A stretch of 64,000 nt of DNA from Eledone cirrhosa (Eukaryota), in NCBI GenBank assembly GCA_964016885.1, contig OZ024755.1, forward strand, positions 11,346,001-11,410,000, read 5' to 3'. The position numbers were made by a program, and so were the translations under genes. The notes under the pieces are model-generated. The model searched no databases. It worked only from the letters and a program-made list of their open reading frames with translations, and had not been told where the DNA came from. Numbering within the stretch: the first letter of the stretch is position 1; every line of letters starts with the position of its first letter. Positions 27,150 through 39,570 of the stretch are shown here, in pieces.

Positions 27150-27663
27150 TGTATAGTCTATGCTCACATTTATACAGTCCCAAATACATAAACACACACA
27201 TATGCTTACACACATAACCTCACCCATATACATACAGATGGTTGCACATATATATATAACTATATATATATATGTATGTGTGTGCAGACACTTATGTTAG
27301 GTAACTCCCAACAACATTCCTATTCCATATGGCACAAAGACATGAATGCTCATACACATAGAGACAATGAATTAGACGTCTATGTATTCAATTATAATCA
27401 CGTGTAAACAACGTTTGGATGCAGAAAGGAAACTTATATGATAGCTATAGTGTGAACAATAGTGTTACCCGTCACATGACGGATAATATTGGGTGTATAC
27501 TTTTGTCACTGTGGGTAACAGTAGCTAAATAAAAAGACACGAACAAATAAAAATAAGTAAATTAATTCATTACACCTGCATTTTGCTAAAAATATCATTA
27601 ATTCTGTTCTCTCACTCTCTCTCTCTCAAAGACTAGACGATGGAAGAAGTCTGTGGACAGCAA

Positions 27664-27741
27664 GGGTGACTATGTTGAAAAATAAGCCTCATTTTGTCAC
27701 ATGCCATGTAAGTATCTTGGTCAGCCGATGAACCTTTCAGC

Positions 27742-27752
<11 letters not shown>
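27664..27752. mobile_element. Right end of mariner-type MITE family
   Basis: ACTATGTTGAAAAATAAGCCTCATTT..TATCTTGGTCAGCCGATGAACCTTTCAGCC ending at a TA tract. Confidence 0.6.
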
Positions 27753-27777
<25 letters not shown>

Positions 27778-27782
<5 letters not shown>

Positions 27783-27878
27783 AAATAGTCAGGACCCCGA
27801 CGGCTGGGCTCCGGCCGTTTCGACAGCTAGAGACGAAACGGTCGGAGCTCAGCCGTCGGGCTCCTGACTCTTTTCCTA
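27778..27878. repeat. GC-rich 45-bp inverted repeat with 11-nt loop
   Basis: Arms 27778-27822 and 27834-27878: 40 Watson-Crick pairs, 3 G-T, 2 mismatches. Confidence 0.92.
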
Positions 27879-28114
27879 TTACCCACTCTACTACCCTAAG
27901 TATCGATTACTCTGGTGCGTTATGGTCTACCTGGTCCTTTACCACATTTTCTTTGTTTATATATATATATATATATATATGTAGATAAATCTACCAAAAG
28001 TTTACGGTAGTGTCCAATCCGTATGAAGAACTCAATGTAATCCGGATATCATGAAAAGAGAAGATGCATTCAAAAACTACTTTCGGTGAAAAATAAACGG
28101 AAAACAGAGTCAAG

Positions 28115-28248
28115 ATAAAATATTAAAAAAATAAGGAATAAACAAAGAAACAGTTCCTTATATTAGAAAAATTCATTATTTTACGATCGAATTTTTCTAA
28201 TATAAGGAACTGTTTCTTTGTTTATTCATTATTTTTTTAATATTTTAT
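28115..28248. repeat. About 60-bp inverted repeat ending in (TA)n
   Basis: ATAAAATATTAAAAAAATAAGGAATAAACAAAGAAACAGTTCCTTATATTAGAAAAATTC and its near-exact reverse complement. Confidence 0.92.
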
Positions 28249-28482
28249 ATATATATATATATATATATAACTTCAAGGACGTTGCTGTTTCGCCGCAGGT
28301 CAGCTCTGGTTTGACCAATGATCAAATACATTCTATCCTTGAGCATCCAATTGTTTTGCATATCTAGAACTACGTTGTCCAATGTGACTTTCCTCTTTTA
28401 AGAAGGTAGCTAGTTATTTCAAGCATTTTACCCGATACAACATCTAAGCGTATACATATTCTTTGTTGGTTCTTTTTCAGTT

Positions 28483-28640
28483 CCTTACGTTCTGAGTTCA
28501 AATCCCGTCGAGGATAGCTTGACATTTCATCCTTACTAGGTCGATGAAATAAAGTACCAGTACTGCACTGGGGTCGATTTAATCGACGGCTCTTTCCCCC
28601 AAAATTGTTGATCTTGTGTCTAAACCAGAAATCATTATTT
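28483..28640 (+). mobile_element. SINE family A, long form
   Basis: Core followed by GGGGTCGATTTAATCGAC..CCCCAAAATTG. Confidence 0.8.
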
Positions 28641-30049
28641 CACTGGTTTCATTCATTATACTGAAGCTATGTTGGCATTTAATCGATAATTTCGACCCAA
28701 CAAAATACATAAACCCAGTGACAAGGAAGACAACTTAGAATCTCAGTTTTCTAACACATGAGAACTTTACATCTGCACCCATAATTATTGGTTTAGTTGA
28801 CTATATTGATTAAGCGTTTAATTAATAATCTCGATTAAAAATACTGGGATTTCTAAGAAAAGAAAGAAATTGTGACACGTGCAATATAATAAAATGGAGT
28901 GGTCCTCCACCAGTTTCGACGATGAGTGTTTCAGTTCGATTAACTGAACAGTCTGCTCAAGAAATCAACGTGCAAGTAGCTAAATAATCCAGATTCTCTG
29001 ACAGATGGAATATAATAGAATGGATCTCCACCGATTTCCACGATGAGTGCTCCAGTTGTTCAATCAACTAAAGAGCCTGCTAGGGAAAGTAACGTGCAAT
29101 TGGCAGAATATTCCACAAATATTACTATAAAATAAAGCACCAGTAATGCACTGGCGTAGATTTAATCTATTTTTCCCATTCCCCCAAATTGCTGGCCTTG
29201 TGCCTAAATCAAAAACCATTATTTATAGTGCCATCTAAATTCCAATGATGGAACTGTGGTTGTTAGTTAGAAACCAGCTTCTTTATGGAAGCTTTCAAAC
29301 AATTTTAAACGGTGAAAAATAAAAACAAAAAAACAAAACAAAAAAATAGTTACATATAGAAATACAGAAACAAATACAGGCATGCATTCAATAAATAATC
29401 TTGAAAAGCTTTAGTTTTTTTTTTTACATACATACTTACATATTTACTCTCTATCACTTATACAAACACACCGTCCTCTCTCTCTATCTCTGTATGTATA
29501 TATTTATATATATCTGTACCTCTTTCTTTCTATCTATATTTACTCTCTCGTTTGAAATCCCTCTCACTCTCTCTCCCTATCTACTAGACATCTCTAGTGC
29601 CTGTCTCTCTTACCAGCACACATGCGCTCACAAATACTTGAGTACATCAATAATGACAGCTCCTCAAGAACGAAACATTTTACGTTTTCCATTCAAAATT
29701 CTTTTAAAAGCAGGGAAAAAGAAAAGAAAGGATAATTGTTTCGACTTTTGGCACAAGGCCAGCAATTACTCAGTACGTTACTGGTACTTTATTTTATCGA
29801 CCCCGTAAGACCGGAAACCACATAATAATCTGGAAAATGTTGTTGTTGTTCTAGTATTTATTATATAGGTCTTATTTCTGTTTACAAGAACTCACCATCA
29901 TAACACGCCCACCTACCCACATTACATATTTTTTGTTTACTATACCACTCCTACCCGATAACCGCCTTTCACCCTTCTTCTATCAAAATCATAATATGGA
30001 GGTCAGGAGGTTTGCCTAAGAATCTATGAAATTGCTTCTATAAGTTGTT

Positions 30050-30183
30050 TGAAGAAGAAAAAAATGAAAAAAGACGAAGAAAAAGAAAAGAGAAAAAAAA
30101 AGAAATAAAAGAAAAGAAAAAAGAAAAAAGAAAAAAGAAAAAAGAAAAAAGAAAAAAGAAAAAAGAAAAAAGAAAAAAGAAAA

Positions 30184-30214
<31 letters not shown>

Positions 30215-30405
30215 GAAAAAAGAAAAAGAAAAAGAAAAAGAAAAAGAAAAAGAAAAAGAAAAAGAAAAAAGAAAAAGAATAAAAAAGAATAAAAAGGATA
30301 AAAAAGAACATAAAAGGATAAAAAGAATAAAAAAGAATAAAAAGGATAAAAAAGAAATAAAAAGAATAAAAAAGAAATAAAAAGAATAAAAAAGAATAAA
30401 AAGAA
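30050..30405. repeat. A-rich (GAAAAA)n / (GAATAAAAA)n low-complexity tract
   Basis: Seen directly; a similar tract lies at 35620-35900. Confidence 0.9.
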
Positions 30406-30818
30406 GTTTCTACCAAATTTCACACAAGGTATTGGTCATCTCGAGATTATAGAAGACACCGGATGTTGTGAAGCGCACTTGTGAAATTAATATGGAATTG
30501 GCCAAGCATTCCACAGACACGTGTACCCATAAGGTAACTCCTACGGTGATTCAGTGTCAGACAGTCTGTGACATGATTGGACCGGTAAATCAGAGGTACA
30601 ACTCATTTTTGCCAAATGTGAAGACAAAAAAGTGTTTTTCTCAAGAATATATCGTGCCATAGAGAATTGAACATAGGTCTTTACAGTTGTGAGCCAAACC
30701 CCCTAAACACTGAGCCAAGGCCATCACTACATACTTATATGCACAGACACACACACATGTATATATCCATACACACACATATATATATATATACACACAC
30801 AGATACACACACACACAC

Positions 30819-30865
<47 letters not shown>

Positions 30866-30944
30866 TACACACACACACACATGTATATATACACACACAC
30901 ACACATGTATATATACACACACACATACACACACACACACACAC

Positions 30945-30985
<41 letters not shown>

Positions 30986-31014
30986 TATATACACACACAC
31001 ACACATGTATATAT

Positions 31015-31061
<47 letters not shown>

Positions 31062-31062
31062 G

Positions 31063-31093
<31 letters not shown>

Positions 31094-31111
31094 TACACAC
31101 ACACACAGATT

Positions 31112-31143
<32 letters not shown>

Positions 31144-31491
31144 TATATATATACACACACAGATATATAATTAAGAATGTTACTGTTCACAATAAATGAT
31201 GTTTATGTTAACTATTCAAGGGGCGGTGAAGATAGTGTTGAAGGTGATAGACTCCCTGGAAATAGTGAGAAATGCTGATGATGTGGGGTTGTGATGGGTC
31301 CCTTTAGATAGACTGGGGTTAATGATGTGGGGGTTGTGATGGGTTATTCTAGATAGATCGAGGTTAATGAAAAATTCCATAGAAAATTTCCTTTTCGTTT
31401 GATCTTCCATGAAGTAATTCAATTATTTATTTACATTGGAATATTTTTTTGTGGGAATGTGCTTATATGTGTGTGTGTGTGTGTGAGTGTG

Positions 31492-31532
<41 letters not shown>

Positions 31533-31825
31533 ATATGTGCGTACTTTCATTAGCCCCTTTCCATTATTGTTTTTGTGAATTTCCCAAATACAAAGACACG
31601 GAAAAAATTTCTGTAAACTAAAAAAAAAAGGAAGTCACGTGTCAACTCAAGTCTATTTAGAACGGTTTAATGATGATGATGATGACAATGGTGATGACAA
31701 TGACGATGATGGTGCTATCTCAAGAGTGTGTATTAATATGGGGAGAAGTCTCTTGAAACAACGCGATACAGCCTGAGAAATATTTTGATGAAGGACGGTG
31801 GTTCAAATTGCTATGAGTTTTATGA

Positions 31826-31827
<2 letters not shown>

Positions 31828-31912
<85 letters not shown>

Positions 31913-31921
31913 GAGATAGAC

Positions 31922-31955
<34 letters not shown>

Positions 31956-32289
31956 GGAGACAGAGAGACAGAGAGAGGGAGAGAGGGAGAGAGAGAGGGA
32001 GAGAGGGAGAGAGAGAGAGGGAGAGGGAGACAGAGAGAGAGAGAGAGGGAGACAGAGAGAGAAAGGGAGGGAGAGAGAGAGAGGGAGCAAGGGAGGGAAA
32101 GAGAGAGAGGGGGAGCAAGGGAGGGAGAGAGAGAGAGAGGGAGCAAGGGAGAGAGAGAGAGAGAGAGACATATATATATAGAGAGAGAGAGAGACACATA
32201 GAGAGAGACAGAGAGAGAGAGAGAGAGGGAGCAAGGGAGAGAGAGAGAGAGAGAGAGAGGGAGCAAGGGAGGGAGAGAGAGAGAGAGAC
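31828..32289. repeat. (GA)n-rich polypurine tract
   Basis: Seen directly. Confidence 0.9.
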
Positions 32290-33271
32290 GTCCAGTGGTG
32301 TCCATGGAAGAGCATCACAGAGCATTAATAAGAACAGTATTTTCGATAATGTGTCTCTAAGACCGTATATTTCCTACATGCCATCCAGCAGACCCTATAT
32401 ACAGAGAAGTATTCCGTCGTTTTAATCTCAATAGATATTTTCACATGAAAAGTAATTTACGGAATCTGTTGTGAACTTACAGCAGCCTACATTTTGTCTG
32501 GTCTGTTAATATCGTTGGTAACTAAATAGGTCAGGATTGGGAATATAAAAGGAAAGGAGATGATTGTCTGAATGGACGAAGGAAGGAATGCTTTTATTGA
32601 TCTTTCCATTGCTGATTACTATTTATATATTTGACTGTCGTAACATAAGGGGCCACAATTTGAACACAGAATGCAGAGAGCCGAATCACATACCGCAAAG
32701 TAACCCGACTTATTCTCTAACATTCCGCCGAACTAGTACTATATTTATCGACATGTAAAACATGAATAGTAAAATTGACCTTGGTGTTATTTGAACTCAG
32801 AGCGCAGCTAGCCGGAAGAAATTCCAATGCATTTAATCGGACGCCTTAGTAATGACTCTGCGTATTCTCCGCCTTGAAATACCTATACAACCACGAAACC
32901 TTTGAAAGTCACCAAACTTCATGTGAACCCATTATTTAATCATATCTTTCTATCACCTCCACTCCGTTAAACTTCTTGTTTGATCTGGAGCCCACAAATA
33001 AACTGTGTAGCATAATTTTATTAAGACGTTGAGAGAATGGTATTTAGATACACTACATCATTTGTCTGTACGCTGATATTACTGGGCAAGTCTTTGGTAC
33101 GGCAGTGCATTCATAGACGGACGGGGCACGTTGTTTTTGTTTTTGTTTTTTTTTGTTCTTTTCCCATAGTACCTCTTTTTTGTTGATGTGGCAATATGAA
33201 AGATATTGCGGACAGATGAGATGCGACATTAACATCCATCTATATACGTACGCACGCACATATATACACAC

Positions 33272-33457
33272 GGATTGACAGTATCGGCAGAGGGTCGGAC
33301 GCCATGCTTTGTAGCATAGAGTTACGGCCCTTTGCAGTCCGAGTTCAAATCCCACCGAGGTTAACTTTGCCTTTCACCCTTATGGGGTTAATAAAATAAA
33401 GTACCAGTAATTCGCTGGGATAACTGCTGGCCTTGTGCCAAAAGTAGAAACAATTAT
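33272..33457 (+). mobile_element. SINE family A, near full length
   Basis: Head, B-box, core and tail all present. Confidence 0.88.
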
Positions 33458-33511
33458 ATATAAATATATATATATATGCACACACACACACATACGTACA
33501 CAAATACACAC

Positions 33512-33578
<67 letters not shown>

Positions 33579-33668
33579 TTATATATATATATTAACGGCT
33601 GAGCAACCTAATTTACCTATCGAGTGAGTTAATCGGCCGAGCGCACCGAAATCGATAAATGGAAAAAA

Positions 33669-33943
33669 ATGAAAGGAAATTTCATTTCTCACTCTTAGTA
33701 CGGCTGTTACTTAAATACAAGTATGTATACGTACATACATATATGTATACAGACGTACAGTAGTATGTATATATATACATACATGCACACATATATATAT
33801 ATATATGTACGTATGGATTGTGTGCATGTATGTATATATATATGCACACTACTTTACGTCTGTATACATATATGTATGTACGTATAAATACTTGTATTTA
33901 AGTAACAGCCGTACTAAGAGTGAGAAATGAAATTTCCTTTCAT
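33669..33943. repeat. About 120-bp-arm inverted repeat ending in (TA)n
   Basis: ATGAAAGGAAATTTCATTTCTCACTCTTAGTACGGCTGTTACTTAAATACAAG.. mirrored at about 33820-33943. Confidence 0.92.
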
Positions 33944-33972
33944 ATATATATATATTTAGTTATATATATATA

Positions 33973-34025
<53 letters not shown>

Positions 34026-34335
34026 TTAGTTATATATATATATATTTATATATATATTTATTTAGTTATATATATATATATTTATTTAGTTATATAAATA
34101 TATATATTTATTTATTGAAAAATAAAACAAAAGAAACACAGGGATGCAAAGTTACACGGCTATATTTACGTACACACTTGAATGTTGGTATAAATATCCA
34201 AGGATTTAAAGCACTCAGTTCGTAGGACGAGTTATGTATAATTAGTTACATTAGAGACATATGCAGGTACTTAAGGTTTGTTGGGGTATTTATCCCAACT
34301 CATTCAGCCTGTCATTATTAAGGACAAGGGCAAGG

Positions 34336-34456
34336 GCTGAGTTCAAATCCCGCCGAGGTTAACTTTGCCTTTCATCCTTACGGGGTCGATAAAATAAAGT
34401 ACCAGTAATGTACTGGGATAATTGCTGGCCTTGTGCCAAAAGTAGAAACAATTATT
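34336..34456 (+). mobile_element. SINE family A with 15-bp TSD
   Basis: ATTATTAAGGACAAG at 34314-34328 and 34451-34465. Confidence 0.88.
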
Positions 34457-34550
34457 AAGGACAAGTTTAACTCTTGCAATTCTGTCATTTCTCCAGTGTA
34501 TATACAAGACTATACAAATATCCACACACACATACACACGTACATATACG

Positions 34551-34630
<80 letters not shown>

Positions 34631-34855
34631 AAATGTGGGGACTTGAACGTCGAAAATAACTGTAACAACAGCCAATTGCTAAAATAATAATTTTTTAAAA
34701 ATTAGGTAAAAACCTCCTCTAATATTTTTTTGCCCGATTTTCTAAAGCTATAGATATCAAATCTTCTCAAGTAACTACTCGGAGTTTCCCATTACTGATC
34801 GTCAGGCGATACAGAAATACAGACGTAAATCTCTGTATATACACACAGCAGCAGC

Positions 34856-34905
<50 letters not shown>

Positions 34906-35388
34906 CAGCGTGGATGTAGATGTATGTTATTTCAGATATTTTTTCGTTGGTGCAGATTTTTATAGGAATCACTGATAAGAAATTGTGACGTTAAATTCCA
35001 AGGGTAGATGAAGCTGTTACAAATGGCGAGGGAGGGAGCAGGGAATATACTATATTTGTATTGTGGACTCGGTTCGTCGAAAAAACATACTGTATTAAAA
35101 TCTCATGTTTTTATAAGATTATGTATGTATGTTTGTATGTTTGTACCAGAGTTTTCAAGTCGCTGGCTGGACTAAAATGTCACACTTGTTCAGCGCATCG
35201 GTAGGGGTTCTCCTACATGGATATAAAGTAGTGGCCGTACTCGAAAACGAGTTGGCAGCCACCATGTATGTATGTATGTATGTATAAACGTGTGTCTATG
35301 TTTATATACACACACGTATATATACATATACGCGTGTGCATGTATATATACGCGTATGCATGTATACATATAAACATATACACGTGTG

Positions 35389-35424
<36 letters not shown>

Positions 35425-36218
35425 CTTCTTTATATATGTGTGTCTGACGGTCTGTTCGTCGTCATCTACCAACACCTAAATTCTTGCTCAATAAATGAAC
35501 AGATACAGAGAAGACAACAACAACACTAATAAGTATACAGGGTCAAACAAATACGAACTTATAAAACTGAGAAAATATTCAAAGAAAACAGACGTTACGA
35601 TATTTGCAGACAGACAACGAAGAAAAAGAAGAAAAGGAAGAAAGCAGAAAAAGAAGAAAAAGTAAAAAAAGAAAAAAAAGAAAAAGAAAAAGAAGAAAAA
35701 GAAGAAAAAGAAGAAAAAGAAAAAAAAGAAAAAAAAGAAAAAAAAGAAAAAAAAGAAAAAAAGAAAAATAAGAAAAAGAAGAAAAAGAAGAAAAAGAAGA
35801 AAAAGAAGAAGAAAAAGAAGAAAAAGAAAAAGAAGAAAAAGAAAAAGAAGAAGAAGAATAAGAAAAAGAAAAAGAAAAAGAAAAGGAAAAAAAAGAAAAA
35901 GGAGAACGACAACGACAACAACAGCAGCAGCAACAACATGCAAAAGATGAAGGGAAAAAAAAAAAAAATTAGTAACATGTCTCCAGTGGATGTGGCATTA
36001 AATTAGTTGTTCATTCAATGAAATGATTGCCAGAAGTTTGGTGAATTTCATTTAGCAGGCGTGACAGAACATATGTTATTTAGTAGAGCATGAACTAGAT
36101 CACGTCGTAATTACAGCGAATACATTATTATTGGCAAATGAATATGTAGATTACATTGTTTTATGTAGTTGGTGTATGTATATATGTATATATATGTGTG
36201 TGTGTATATATGTGTATG

Positions 36219-36255
<37 letters not shown>

Positions 36256-36347
36256 AATTAAATTAAATGTTGTCATGTCTGAGAGACATGCGCCATCTTC
36301 ACTGTAGAATAAGCTCAAAGATTCCAATGAATAGATCCGAGCATTTC

Positions 36348-36669
36348 ATATCAACTAGAAATAGATTGACATATATATATATATAATTTGTTTTTATATA
36401 TATATATTTAAATAAACATATGGAACAATCACAGGGAAGAATTTAACTGCTGTGATTTACTGATTAATTGGTGAAATATATTTTTTACTTAAAGAAATAT
36501 ATACAAAGGAGATTAATCATTTTAAATGGTATCTATATTTGAAGTTCTAGTTAAACTTTAATTGGTTACCTACCTAGCTATGTGTGCTTACATTCTTTAC
36601 AAATTATTCCCTGTGATTGTTCCATATGTTTAATTTATATATATATATATATGTCAATCTATTTCTAGT

Positions 36670-36707
<38 letters not shown>

Positions 36708-36785
36708 CACACACACATATACACCAATTAATCAGTAAATCACAGCAGTTAAATTCTTTCCTGTGATTGTTCCATATGTTTATTT
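36348..36785. repeat. Complex double inverted duplication around TA tracts
   Basis: 36348-36473 is mirrored in two overlapping pieces at 36607-36675 and 36723-36785. Confidence 0.85.
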
Positions 36786-36968
36786 TATATATATATATAT
36801 ATACAGACACATATATATATATACACACACACACATACATATACACACACACATATACACACTCACATATACACACTCACATATATACACACACACGCAC
36901 ATATTACAACATACATACACACACACACACACATATTACATACACACACACACATATATATATACATA

Positions 36969-37068
36969 CAGGATGTCCCCCAAAATACATACACACTTTG
37001 ATTACCTATACAGGCAATATTTTATTAGAATGCTGTTCAAGTGTGTAGAGGTTTTTTTGGGGGGCACA
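36969..37068. mobile_element. Tc1/mariner-type MITE, longer diverged copy
   Basis: TACAGGATGTCCCCC..GAATGCTGTTCAAGTGTGT..GGGGGGCAC; inverted relative to 25173. Confidence 0.55.
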
Positions 37069-37404
37069 CACACACACACTATATATATATATATATATAT
37101 ATTATACACACACACACACACATACTAACAAAACACATTTATCTTTATTATAAGTAAGGGGTAGATGGTCTAAGACGTTTGTGATTTGAATCAAATTTAT
37201 TGTTGTATATATCGTTACGGTCCCATACCATGTATTTGTAATTTCCACCGAAGTTAAAGTTAACCTTACCTTCAATCCTTCCGGGAGTCGATAGAATAAC
37301 ATACCTGTTAAATACTGTGGTGGGTATAACTGAATTGCCCTTTACCCACACAACCCCCTACAAATGTTGACATTTTACCTAAAATTGAAATACTAATTAT
37401 TATT

Positions 37405-37838
37405 GGTGGATTGGCAGTATTGGTAGAGAGTCGGACGTCATGCTTTGACGCATAGAGTTACGGCCCTTTCCATTCTGAGTTCAAATCTCGCCGAGGTCAA
37501 CTTTGCCTTTCATCCTTACGGGGGTCGATAAAATAAAGTACCAGTGATGTACTGGGTAATTGCTGGCCTTGTGCCAAAAGTAGAAACAATTATTATACCT
37601 AATGAATATGTAGGTTTGTTTGTCTTCTGTAATAATTGTTTCTAATTTTGGCCCAAAGCCAGTTATTTGAAGGAAGGGGAAAATTGATTAAATCGACCCT
37701 AGTGCGTTCCTGGTACTTTATTTTATCGATCTTGTAACGATGAAAAGCAAAGCTAACCTTGGCGTTATTTGAACTCCGATCTTAAAGAGCTGCAAAGCAT
37801 TCTGTGCGTCGCTCTACCGACATTGCCAATCTACCACC
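37405..37838. mobile_element. Tail-to-tail pair of family A SINEs (+ 37405-37596, - 37631-37838)
   Basis: Both near full length, about 35 bp apart. Confidence 0.85.
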
Positions 37839-38463
37839 GTTTTGTCTTATGTCGTATATAAACTAAACAATGGCTTTAGTTTTTGTTCTTACATAATATA
37901 CAAATGACATATTCCTACCATTATTTTACTGCATCGCACGCACAAGCATATGTATGTAGGTACACACACACACACACACATCTCGGTATTATGTACGCAT
38001 GCACACAGACACAGATACACACACAAGTATGTACGCACGCACGCATACACACACGTATGTAGACATGAACCTCTGCACGCACACACAGTATGAGGTACTG
38101 CATAAATGTTGTTCTGTTCTGTTCAGTGAACAAGAACAGACAAGTGTACGTGCATACACAAATACACATACACACATTTCCTCCCAAGTTCGTGACATAT
38201 AGACCTACCATTTCTTTACTACATCACACACAAAATATCTGACGCTGCATGAATTATTATTTTGTTCAATGAATAGGAACAGACGGAGACACACACACAC
38301 ACATACACGCTGCATGAATTATTATTTCGTTTAATGAGTAGAAACAAAAACAGGGAGAGAGAGAGAGCGTTCCTGTCTACGAGAGAAAGATATCATTATA
38401 TTATTATCATGTCTGAATCAAATAGAAAAATAAAAAAATATGTTAACATAAAATGATTGTTTC

Positions 38464-38850
38464 TCATAAAATAATTGTTTCTACATTTGGCACAAGGCCA
38501 GCAATTAACCAGTACATTACTGGTACTTTATTTTATCGACCCCGTAAGGATGAAAGGCAAAGTCAACCTCGGCGGGATTTGAACTCAGTCATAAAATAAT
38601 TGTTTCTACATTTGGCACAAGGCCAGAAATTACCCAGTGCATTACTGGTACTTTATTTTATCGACCCCGTAAGGATGAAAGGCAAAGTCAACCTCGGCAG
38701 GATTTGAACTCAGTCATAAAATAATTGTTTCTACTTTAGGTACAAGGCCAGCAATTACCCAGTACATTACTGGTACTTTATTTTATCGACCTCGTAAGGA
38801 TGAAAGGCAAAGTCAACCTCGGCGGGATTTGAACTCAGTCATAAAATAAT
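38464..38850 (-). mobile_element. Tandem trimer of a 5'-truncated family A SINE, 125-bp period
   Basis: TCATAAAATAAT at 38464, 38589, 38714 and 38839 brackets three SINE units. Confidence 0.92.
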
Positions 38851-39208
38851 GAGTTTTTTTCAGAGCTAGAATATATCAATCGCGGGCTAATTTAGGTCCC
38901 CTCATCACCTTAATGGAAATTAAATGTATACATTGATTGATGGTGAGGTTCCAGCATCGAACCAGGCCAACCATTAAAACAAAGCCCCCCCCCCCAAAAA
39001 AAAAGGGGCAGATTAAAGCAACTGAGGTTAGAGAACATTTGCTCCCCCCCCTCACCCATAGATCTATTTGCTAAAACTTTAGTGAAGGTTTAAAGTATAT
39101 AGAACAATGTTGAGATTCCAGCATCGATCCATACCGACCTCTAAAACAGAGGTAACAAATATATAATTATGATATAATAAATTTTGACAAAATGTCTTAT
39201 TTCGCAGC

Positions 39209-39302
<94 letters not shown>

Positions 39303-39388
39303 GTAAAATAACGGAGTAAAGGACTCGCTTATAATCCTGTAATTAAATGAGCTCAAAGGAAAGAGTTTTCCTGGGCACTTTAAAATAC

Positions 39389-39570
39389 AATATATAGAGG
39401 GGGAAAACACAGGAGATTGTGTTTTCTTTTACAGGATTTCAAACCAACAGGTTGGTTTCTCATTTTAATTTATACTTTTAATTATAATTAGTTTATATTC
39501 TCTTCACGCTGGTGGTTTAAAATCCTGTAAAGGAAATCACACTCTCCCGTGTTTTCCCCCTCTATCTATT
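39389..39570. repeat. About 60-bp imperfect inverted repeat ending in (TA)n
   Basis: TAGAGGGGGAAAACAC..TACAGGATTT.AAACCA versus TGGTTTAAAATCCTGTA..GTGTTTTCCCCCTCTA. Confidence 0.85.

Noticed and set aside
34750-34815. Minus-strand CTGACGA with TCAGTAAT/GTTACTTGA stem
   Set aside because: Followed by GAAG rather than GAAA, with no helix III or stem I in register.
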